Shown: piece after piece, positions 54,004-64,000 of the stretch | How the letters are laid out: each line of letters starts with the position of its first letter | How positions within the stretch are numbered: the stretch's first letter is position 1 | Assembly: GCF_009914755.1 (NCBI RefSeq) | Contig: NC_060931.1 | Source of the DNA: the human T2T-CHM13v2.0 reference genome, Homo sapiens | DNA: 64,000 bases | Direction: 5' to 3' (one strand) | Notes under the pieces: generated by a model | What the model was told of the DNA's origin: nothing | Seen by the model: only the letters and a program-made list of their open reading frames with translations | The model's database searches: none | Position numbers and translations under genes: made by a program

Positions 54004-55214
54004 TGAGGACTTGCCACTCCACCAAAGTCGGGTCTGTGTTCTCCGGGAAGGACTCAGCCTGCTTGTGTGCAAGCAGACCCCGTGTGGCTTGGTGTGGCCA
54101 TCCTGCCGCATAGGGGTTCCCACGGTGGGAATGCACTCACACACTGGACTTCCTCTCCACCCGGCCTTTGTGTGACCACCGTGGGTGCCTTTGTGATCAG
54201 GCATTGGACCCGCACAGGAAGTCACCTGGCACAGGCGTCACTGAGACTCCCTGTGGCCTCTGCCTGTGCTCACGTTCCCGGTTAAATATGCGCCTGGTCT
54301 CCTTGCGGGGAGCTGCTGCACTGGGCGGCCTTTCCTTTTCAAGATCAGGACCTGACATAAATGCATCAGATCCAGTTGTGAAGCAAGAGAGGAAGAGGAA
54401 GAGGAAGAGGGGAGGAGGAGTGGGGATGGGAGGAGCTGGCCGGAGGCTGGGAACCAATCACACACAGGAGCAGCAGAGCCTGCTGTTCTCAGCTGGAGCA
54501 GTAAGAATCAGTCAGAAAGGAAAGCCGGACCTGTCCTTTCTACTTGAGTCCCATTTTAAATTCCGCATGTGTGCGGCGAGAGACTGACCGACCATCTTTG
54601 CACTGTCCCAGGCAGAACCATGGACAAGCTTTGAGGTCATAGGTTTCAAACCCAAAATTTAGATAAGGCAACGTGAGAAACAGTTTCTTTCACCTTTAAA
54701 GGTTCGTGAATTTATGAATAGAAAAAAATCCAGCAAGACCAAACCTTTGAAATATAACAATGTCCTGGAAAGTCTCAGGCATGTGGTTAAAGTACTTATC
54801 AATCATGGAAATGAAAAATCAAGTTTTTCCTAAGAAATTAAGAATGAACACAACTCTCATGTTAATTCCTAAGAATTAACACAACTCTCATGCTTCCCTT
54901 TAATCAAGTAACGTGCCTTAAAATCAACCCATCTGTGACGTAGCAGCCTCTGAAGTCATTTCCCCCCGCTAACCTCCTGACTCTCCCTTCACTCCAGAGT
55001 CAGTGAGATCCACAGACGGTTCCCTCTCGCACCAGTCACTGTCCAGGGGGTGGAACAGGATGATGAGCAAGCTGAGTCTTCACCCACACTAGGGAGCTGC
55101 AGGGACTGGGGGACATTCTCATGCTTTTGGAGCCAGACCACTTAAGGTAACCAAGGACCCAGAGCAGACACCGTGGTCCCAGGCTGGACACATCTGACGA
55201 GAAAGGAGAGGCTG

Positions 55215-55458
55215 CCAGACACCGGGTCTGTCCTGGAGACTCAGGGCCCCTGCTGCTGGATGCTGGGTATGTCCTGGAGACTCAGGGCCCCCGCTGCTGG
55301 ACGCCACGTCTGTCCTGGAGACTCAGGGCCCCCTGCTACTGGACACTGGGCCTGTCCTGGAGACTCAGGGGCCCCGCTGCTGGATGCTGGGTCTGTCCTG
55401 GATGCTCAGGGTCCCCGCTGTTGGACACTCGGTCTGTCCGGGACACTCAGGGCCCTGC
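55215..55458. repeat. ~43-bp minisatellite, ~5.5 copies
   Basis: tgtcctggagactcagggccccc...gctgga repeated. Confidence 0.9.
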
Positions 55459-55774
55459 CTCCCACATGCCGAGGGAACATTAAAACAGTTGTGAGTAGCT
55501 GGGGGCCGTGAACCAGCTCGGGCTGAGCGGATGCCATCTTTGGAGGATTTAAATGTTTTTAAAAATTAGGTGGTGTAGGACCATCCCCTCCACCGGGGCC
55601 AGGCCAGGGTCATCTCTGGATGCTCTGAGGTTTGGTTGCTGGTGGTGCTGATGGTGATGCCTGCAGTGGTCATCCTGGGCTGATCAAGGAAGCTGCCCAG
55701 AGACAGTGCATGGTGTGGAATCCAGGCCTGCCATCTTCCCACCCACCCCTGCCTGGACTAGTGCAGTAGCTGAC

Positions 55775-55948
55775 ACAGCAGACAGGCAGATACACAGGCA
55801 GGCAGACAGGCAGACAGGCAGGCAGACAGACAAGACAGGCAGATAGAGACAAGACAGGCAGGCAGACAGAGACAAGACACACAGGCAGACAGGCAGACAG
55901 CGAGACAGGCAGACAGACAGGCAGACAAACAGGCAGACAGGCAGACGA
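55775..55948. repeat. (CAGA/CAGG)n tetranucleotide-type repeat
   Basis: Directly visible. Confidence 0.9.
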
Positions 55949-56494
55949 GCCACTGGTGCCGGGTGGTGGGCGGCCCTGCACGGTGACAGTCAGCTGTCAA
56001 CTGTCATTCTCCTGCACCTCGGCCTTGTCACCGGTGGCTGGCAGGCAGTTGGAAGGAAACACCGTTAAATTCTTTGGGTCTTCCACAGTTCCAAGTTCAG
56101 GATTTTTTCTTAACCATAGTAAGAACTATGATCTACAGATGCCAAATAATAAAAAGCTGTATTTACATCAAGCCTATCAATTTGGAAATGAGAAAACATA
56201 TCCCCCCAGCTGAGGCTTCATCACAGAATACTTTTAGAAAGCAGAAACTAGAAATTGAAAGTGCACCTTTTTCTTGGTAAAATGTTGATGTGCAATAAGA
56301 GTCAACACACATCCGATGCCAGTGGGACACCTGCTGACTTCAGCGAGCGCTTTGTGCTCTCTCTGGGGGCCAGGAGAGCTGTTTCGTGTCTGACTCTGTC
56401 CTGAAAGGCAGCCTGTTCATCAGACAGGAGAGGCAAGGCTGAACTTTGGAGTTGTCCTCTTGGCTGAGCCTCCCATACAGGGAGCCAGTTCCCA

Positions 56495-56725
56495 CGGTGG
56501 CTGTCCCCATGCCTGGGCTCCCGTGGTGGCTCTCCCCATGCCTGGGTTCCCAAGGTGGCTGTCCCCGTGCCTGGGCTCCCGCGGTGGCTGTCCCCGTGCC
56601 TGGGCTCCCGCGGTGGCTGTCCCCGTGCCTGGGCTCCCGCGGTGGCTGTCCCCGTGCCTGGGCTCCCGCGGTGGCTGTCCCCGTGCCTGGGCTCCCGTGG
56701 TGGCTGTCCCTGTGCCTGGGCTCCA
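56495..56725. repeat. 29-bp VNTR (GGTGGCTGTCCCCGTGCCTGGGCTCCCGC)n, ~8 copies
   Basis: Directly visible periodicity. Confidence 0.95.
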
Positions 56726-57599
56726 GGGCCCTGGCTTTCCATGTCACATCTGCAGACATCCACTCCGCACCTGATGGTGACAGACTATGCTGCCTACATT
56801 TCTGGTTTAGAAACAGCTGTTGTGTATCTCCTGGGCACAGCCAGTGTTTGGTGGTGACACACAGAAGCTCTCTCTGGAAGAAGAGCACATAATTCTGCAG
56901 CTCTTTCTAAAAATAGGAAAGGGGGGATGGCGGGTGGCCAACTCCCTTCGGTTGACTCGAGCCGCGTAGCACAGGGTGTGGTAGAAGGTGGCGCAGCAGG
57001 TGCAGGCAGTAGGGAGGTGGTCCGTGATGGAATATCGATGCCCGCGGCCCCTCCCCTGCCTCCCCGGCAGTCCTAATCTTACAGCTACAGTCCTGCCCGC
57101 AGGGGCTTCTCTGTGATCCAGCTACAGTCCTGCCTGCGGGGGCTTCTCTGCGACAGCTGCCCTGTGCACCAGGACATGACTGGGCTGGGGACGCACTGTG
57201 GGGCCACGTCCCCGGGAAGGTGCAGACCTTGCTTCCCCGTGGGGAAGTCTCGGCACCTGGAGAAAGCGTCACTTTATCTCCTGTCTCTGAGGACTTTGAC
57301 TTTCACATATTCTGCGCCTTGAGACTCTGCACACGTGTATTTTTGTAAACAACACCTACTCTGGAAATGCCGAGGTCACTGCTGCCGGATCTCTCTTTTC
57401 TGTTTATAGAGACGTCTTCATGTCACTGTGCCTTCTTTATCTGTGAGGAGTGTGTATGCTGAAGAGACACCCTGGCACTACACATGTCTGGGTCTAGAAT
57501 GGGCTTTGCCTCCCACCAGCTGTGTGGATCTGGGTGGGTCCTTATGGCTCTCTGGGCCACAGCTTCATCCTGGGTAGAATTGGGCTCACTCTGTATATC

Positions 57600-57870
57600 T
57601 CTATTTTAATTGTAGTAAAAGATACCTAACATATAATTTACCGTTTGTAAGTGCACAGTGCAGCGGCAGTAAGGGCCTTCCCACCGTTCTACAACCGTCA
57701 CCGTCACCACGCTCTTCAGAGCATTCTCATCTTCCCAAATGGAAGCCCTGTCACCATCAAGCCCCTCTGCACTGTCCCCTCCCTGAGCCCCTGGCTACTA
57801 CCCCCTAGATTCATACTAGGCTTCTATGAATCTGACGCCTCCGGGGACCCCATGAGGTGGAATGATGGGA
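57600..57870 (-). mobile_element. Old L1M 3'UTR fragment
   Basis: ttttaattgtagtaaaagatacctaacatataatttacc...aagtgcacagtgcag resembles L1MB 3' ends. Confidence 0.6.
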
Positions 57871-59601
57871 GGCTCACGATGGCTTCATCGCAGGGTCAAT
57901 GGCTCGGCCAAATGAGATCCCATATGGGAAGTGCCTGCCCAGGGCCTGGCATTGAAGAGCTCAGTAAATGGGACTTCCTTTCTTCCCCCAGCCCCCTTTC
58001 CTTATGCCCACTGGACTCGAATGTCCCCTCCAATGGGTGCGTGTCTTTCACTCAAGGTGGCCCCATTTGGCAGGTGGGAGGCGTCTTTGCAGATTAAAAT
58101 ACACTTTCTAGAGAAAGGCTTTCTAGAGAAAGGCTATCTGACAGGTACCCAAAGCCGCAGGGATCCAGGAGTGGACCATGGAGACCTGCCTCCTCCTCTC
58201 GTCTTCCTTCCTGATATTCAGCCTCCTCCCTAAGCGGCTTGTTGACAGCAACCAGAGCTCAACGCCTGGGGGTGTCAACGGATGGGTATGAGGTGTTAAG
58301 ACTCCTTATTTAGAAGCATTGAACAAAACAGTAAAACCTCACAGCCAAACTCGTGTTCCTAATTTAAAATTTATTAGAATATTCTTAACCCTTCTTCAGA
58401 TTTAAATTAGGATTTTAAAAAGAAAGTTTAGGATTTAAAAAGAAAATTAGGATTTTAAAAAGAAAGTTTTACGCACCACCAAGTCCAGACGCCAGCCGAG
58501 GCCAAGTTTCCTTGTGACGTCTGGGCTGACAGCGGCGGCGTGGATGAAGAGGGAGCTTGTGGGTGGTGCTCTATGCCGAGGACGGCTTTTTCTGCCTCCT
58601 GCAGTGATTTTCAAAACTCTCACCACCCCGGCTGTTTCCACCAAACTCTCTGGCTTCTTTTTCTGTTGTGTTTTGAATGTCAGCACCCTTTTTGAATTTA
58701 TGATTGCAGAAGGAACATCATATTCCAGATATCATCCCAGAATGACCAGCAGAGAGGACGGTGGACATGTTTCTTCCTAAGATCTTGATATGACTTCAAA
58801 TAATGTAGCACAAGATTGGCCCATACTTAAGTTTTCTTTCCATTCTTCCTTTAAAATTGTTCCACACTTTAAAAAAAAAGTTTATATGACAAAATGACAC
58901 CCTCACCCCAAAATGGGTATTCTTTCCTTGAGGGATGTTTTATTTCTAGGCCAGTTTACTACTTACTAGTAACACTGATTTCTGAACTGTAACTCAGACT
59001 TCCACAGACCCCTCTGAGCTGGAGTAAGGACCAGGAATTCAGCCGAATGATTTGGAGAGCACTCACAGACAAGGAATTAATTTGGGGTACATCTTCCTTT
59101 AGGTAATGAATTTATTTTTAGGAATTTCTTGATGTAAGTCAAATTTTGGAAATCAAATTCTTGAAATGCATCCAGTGTCCATATAGAGCTGGTTCACTGC
59201 AGGAAAGCACCATGTGTGCAGTGAGTGGTGACCCTCCGTGGATTTTCGTGCACGTTCTGGGCTCTGCTCAGGGACGCAGCACGGACAGAGGTGCTGTGGG
59301 CCCTGCGGGACGGGGAGCTGATGGGGCCTCGCGGTGCCATGCTGGGGGAGAGGCTGGTGAGCATGGAGTGACCTCGATGCCCCATGCTCACCGAGGGGAC
59401 TTCCCCTGAACCCGTCTTCCAGGCTCCCCCCTTCTGGACCCATGGGCCCCTGTACAGCATTTCTTGCTGAGGAACTTGGGGCCCTCCTGGCTCCTCTGCC
59501 TCCCAGCAGCCCAGTGACCTCCAAACGGACTCCTGACCCATCACCATGTCATGTGGGTGCCAATTAGCTGCTTGGAAAAGGTCTTTTTTCTTCTTAGCCA
59601 T

Positions 59602-59935
59602 TGTACTGGGTAGAATCATGTACCCCCAAATCCATGTCCACCTGGAACCCATGAATGTGGTCTTATTTGGAAATAGGGTCTTTGCATATGTGGTCAAGTT
59701 AAGGTGAGGTCACACAGGCTAGGATGAGCTCTCAGTCCAATGACTGACATCCTTAGAAGAGGAGGGAAATTTGGACCCTGACATAAATCCACGGTGGGGA
59801 AAAGCTGTGTGACAGGGAGGCAGAGATGAGGGGGACACTTCGAATCCCCCAAGGAGTGCACGGGCCTGGGGCAGACACGGCCATCTTTCCCATCACGGCC
59901 TTTCTCACGCTCACACTTTCTTCCTGGAATTTGCT
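59602..59935 (+). mobile_element. MLT1-type MaLR LTR
   Basis: gaacccatgaatgtggtcttatttggaaatagggtctttgca...tccaatgactgacatccttagaaga. Confidence 0.8.
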
Positions 59936-61047
59936 GATTACCGACAGAGAAGAAACACCTGTGGACCTGCCCCAAGGAGGAGCTTCAGATCAGCATCAAC
60001 AGCCGGAGATAAAAGGAAGGTGCTTTGGGATGATCCATAACCTTCAGTCTGTGTCCCGATCCTTGGTCAGCATCTGAGAATGGTCCAGAATGGGGATGCA
60101 GGAGGAGACGGTCACTCCAACTCAGCCTGTTGACTTCGTCATCACCAACTTCGCATTTCAAATCCACCTTTGTCCTTAAAAATACACGTTACCGTGGGTT
60201 TGGAAAAGTTCTGCCTTCCGTGGGAGGTTTTAAAGACAGGTGTTCTTCCTCTGCCTGCGTTCTGCTAAGCCAGAGAGGGCAAAGAGAACCCTAACTTTGA
60301 ATTTTTAAGAATGTCAATCTTGGGGCTTACTGGTAAGTATTCAATGAAGAACAACGCCTGAGAGATGCTGACATTCTAAAACACACGGTTTAGAGGCCTC
60401 CCAGGCAAATGTGACTGTGCTAGGAAGCAACTCTCCTCCATCCTGCTCTGTGTGGATTTATGGCATCGATGGTGGGCAGCTCCTGTGTTCTGCACAGAGG
60501 GATCCCCAGGTTGAAGGATGACGTGGAAGCAATGACGTCGTGGTCAGGGACGTCTGCAGGGAGCAAAATGAAGCGAGTTTCTTTAGTTCACAATTTCTCA
60601 GAGGCTCTGCTCGGCTGGCATGCTCGAGAACATCCTGGGAGGGCTGAGGCTACTGGCCATGAGCTCTTGTCTTAGAAAAGCTGTGACCAGGTTGAGGGAC
60701 GCTGGGGTTTCCTGGAACCACCTGATACCTGCTGTCCGAGATGTGTCTCAAAATTATCTTGCATTTCACCTTGCTTTAAAATTTGTCTCTACTTATTTCA
60801 TACAGAGATGCATCATTTCAATTTCAAGAATATATGCTCCTTGATTATCACTCTAAAATAGCCCATAAGATGTAAACACTGATCAAATGAATTGCCTCCA
60901 ACAATTGCAACTATCCATAATAAACAGTAAGAAAAATGGTTCACGCCTTCTATTCACTAGCCACAGGAATCTGGGCACGCTATGAGCCTCTGAGTCTCAC
61001 GGACCACAGAGACTACAGGTCAGCATGTGAGAGCTTCATGTAGGACC

Positions 61048-62016
61048 CAGCACCTGCTGAACGGAGGTTGGATGTGGGCATCATCGTGGTCGTTGAGTGT
61101 GGACACCGAGAGCCTTCACACAGGATGGAGGGTGGATGTGGCACCTGCTGAACGGAGGTTGGATGTGGGCATCATCGTGGTCGTTGAGTGTGGACGCCGA
61201 GAGGCTTCACACAGGACGGAGGGTGGATGTGGCACCTGCTGAACCAAGGGTGGATGTGGGCATCATCGTGGTCGTTGAGCATGGACGCCAAGAGCCTTCA
61301 CACAGGACAGAGGGTGGATGTGGCACCTGCTGAACCGAGGGTGGATGTGGGCATCATCGTGGTCGTTGAGCATGGATGCCGAGAGGCTTCACACATGACG
61401 GAGGGTGGACGTGGCACCTACTGAACCGAGGGTGGATGTGGGCATCATTGTGGTCGTTGAGCGTGGATGCCGAGAGCCTTCACACAGGACGGAGGGTGGA
61501 TGTGGCACCTGCTGAATGGAGGGTGGATGTGGGCATCATCGTGGTCGTTGAGTGTGGATGCCAAGAGGCTTCACGCAGGACGGAGGGTGGATGTGGCACC
61601 TGCTGAATGGAGGGTGGATGTGGGCATCATCGTGGTCATTGAGTGTGGATGCCGAGAGGCTTCACGCAGGACGGAGGGTGGATGTGGCACCTGCTGAATG
61701 GAGGGTGGATGTGGGCATCATCGTGGTCGTTGAGTGTGGATGCCGAGAGGCTTCACGCAGGATGGAGGGTGGATGTGGCACCTGCTGAACTGAGAGTGGA
61801 TGTGGGCATCATCGTGGTCGTTGAGCATGGACACCGAGAGCCTTCACACAGGACGGAGGGTGGATGTGGCACCTACTGAACCGAGGGTGGATGTGGGCAT
61901 CATCATGGTTGTTGCGCGTGGACACCGAGAGCCTTCACACAGGATGGTGGGTGGATGTGGCACCTGCTGAACAGAGGGTGGATGTGGGCATCATCGTGGT
62001 CATTGAGTGTGGATGC
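61048..62016. repeat. 91-bp VNTR, ~10.5 copies, with internal sub-repeat GGAGGGTGGATGTGG
   Basis: Near-identical ORFs are offset by 91 nt (61097/61188, 61376/61467, 61552/61643). Confidence 0.97.
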
Positions 62017-63019
62017 CCTCCAGACCCTGTGGCTTTGCTGGACAGAGAAGTCTTGCACAGGTGAGGAGATGAAGTTGATGTTGGGCTGTGGGGGCCCAAG
62101 GGCTCATAAAAATGAAAGAACACATATTTGGGGGCACCCCATGCCACACAAATAAGCACATTTTGGGTAATGGGTTGAGGTGGATGAAAACTCCAGTGGT
62201 ATTAGGACTCCGTGGGTATTCTCTGCCCGCCCTCCAATTCTGAACACTCTGTCCTTTTCCCTGAGAAGCCGGGGTGAGCGTGCACAGCAGGGGGCATCCC
62301 TGGAAGGGCCCTGGGGCTCCATTCTAAGGGCAGCGCTGGGACGGATGGGTCCATGTTTCAGGAAGGCAGGTGTGTGCCATGCAAAGACCTTCCTACCACG
62401 AAACTCCCGAGACGATGGGCCCCAGGGTGCCATCTTCTCTGGGAAAGGCATGTTCTCACCGGGCTGGGCGACTCCCCAGCTGTGACAAGTAGGGAGCCCA
62501 AGTGCCCCCAAAACCATCCAAGTGCCACAGGTTCGCCGTGCCATGCCGGGATTACAAGCTTCAACAACGTCACACAGAGATGCAGTTTAGTTTTATTTAT
62601 TTATTTTCAATAGTGTGAAGACACAGGCAGACACAAAGGGCAGGAGGTCATACCGATGTGTTTCAGATCCTGGCGTCATCCGAGCTGTCCTGGGTAAGTG
62701 ATGCCATCTCTCCAATACCCATGTGCCTTGCCCATAAAATGGGATGATGGCACCTGAGGATTCAAATGCTCACCATGCAAGGGTGCTCGGAGGCCCTCGG
62801 AAACCCGGATCTGTTCCAGACTTTTCTGGAAAGCCCTGCAGAGACTGTTCTCAAGGGCAGAGAGAGGAGGCTCCCCTTCCTGTAATCGGAGTCACGCGAG
62901 GCTGACGGGAAAGCCAGGAAAGGGAAGTAAAGGGAATAGGAAGAGCCTGGGGCAGAAGTGAATTTACCAACTCCGGTGCACAGCGACATCAGGAAATGTC
63001 TCACCCCAGTGCTGCACAG

Positions 63020-63096
63020 GCGCCCGGGCTGTGGATCGCCAGGAGGCCCGGGCTTTGGATCACCAGGAGGCCCGGGCTGTGGATCGCCAGGAGGCT
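63020..63096. repeat. 24-bp tandem repeat, 3 copies
   Basis: gcccgggct(g/t)tggatc(g/a)ccaggag repeated three times. Confidence 0.9.
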
Positions 63097-63896
63097 GCAG
63101 CCTGATCCCAGCGTCACTGCTGCGACAGGCACCTCCCTGCCTGGATTCTGCCGCATGGGTGACGCGTCGCTTCCCACCTTCGTCCCCAGCTCGACTCTCC
63201 TTAGGAGCTCCTCTCTGCCAGGCTCGGGGTTGGCTGGTGTGCCCGACACGCGGCCGGTGCCTGTGCTCCTGCGGTAACTCACGGCCACGTTCCAGGTTCC
63301 AGAACCCATTCCTATTCAGCTTTGTCACGTGGCTGGTGAGGGGAGACCCGGGGGCAGCTGGAGAAGGAAGACCCCACCTGCCCTCTGCATGTTGCTCTAT
63401 TTGCTGATGTTTGACATTCACGTCAGCCCTCACGTCTGTGCCTTCATCTGTGTGACCTGGGCTTGCGTCGAGTAGAGAAGCACGGCCTGGCCTTCAGATG
63501 CCCTACAGGACTCCAGGAGAGGATGACAGAGGATGTACTTGGGTCCTGCTGTGACCGCCATCATAACAACGCCATGGACAACAGGCACATTTCAATAACA
63601 TGGAATGACTTACTAACTTTATCCTCGCTGTTTTATAAAATGCAAATGTAAAGTGGCTTAAAAGTAATGATCTTGAAAGCATTAAATCTCTCAAAGGGAA
63701 TTTTTTCATACTCAAGTTTTGGAAAACAAAAGATTGATAATAAAAAATATGAACAGACTGAAATTCTGATATAAGTAACATTTGATGAGCATTTGTAAGA
63801 AGTTTGATTGGCCTAATCAGATTCAAGACATGATTCGTGACCCAGTTATTGAGATCTTCTTTTCAGAAAGAGAGATTTTAATTTAAAAATGTTCAC

Positions 63897-63974
63897 CTGC
63901 CAAAAGTCAGCCACGGTGGCGGGCAGCGGTCCCTGGGTGGCGATGTACGCGGGGTTCCTCGGGTCGTGATCCAT
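63897..63974 (-). CDS. PTPRN2: PTPRN2 internal coding exon (exon 17), 78 nt, [26 protein letters not shown]
   Basis: Acceptor ctgcag|ATG and donor CAG|gtgaac. Contains the PTP motifs YIATQGP and DFWQ. Phase 0/0, in frame with the next exon. Confidence 0.97.
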
Positions 63975-64000
63975 CTGCAGAGACAAGACCACACCACAGC

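Noticed and set aside
54610-56725. REST/RE1-like sites (cagaaccatggacaa at ~54612; ctgtcc in the 29-bp VNTR)
   Set aside because: Too many mismatches to the RE1 consensus to call by eye.

Overview
Primate (almost certainly human) genomic DNA covering the 3' end of PTPRN2 (IA-2beta/phogrin, recalled as 7q36.3) on the minus strand. Seven exons (17-23 by the usual 23-exon numbering, recalled) were read base by base. They splice in frame to [17 protein letters not shown]...WYDRGVP...VHCSDGAGRSG...VQTKEQF...[12 protein letters not shown], followed by a ~1.66 kb 3'UTR ending after an ATTAAA near 7.7 kb. MIR153-2 lies sense-oriented in the intron between the 167-nt and 54-nt exons. Beyond the gene end (1-7 kb) is a degenerate ERV1 provirus (MER31/MER67-like) with an L1 nested in its 5' LTR and an MST LTR nested in its 3' LTR. 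The introns hold at least ten minisatellite or complex simple-repeat arrays plus Alu, L1 and MLT1 fragments. Nearly all long ORFs in the supplied track are artefacts of these repeats. I see no convincing new gene or system. The best leads are regulatory: a GC-AG donor on a frame-preserving exon carrying the catalytic Cys, VNTRs that multiply E-box motifs, complementary UG/CA arrays bracketing one exon, and a promoter-like CpG patch upstream of miR-153-2. Repeat family names come from recognition, not from a RepeatMasker run.
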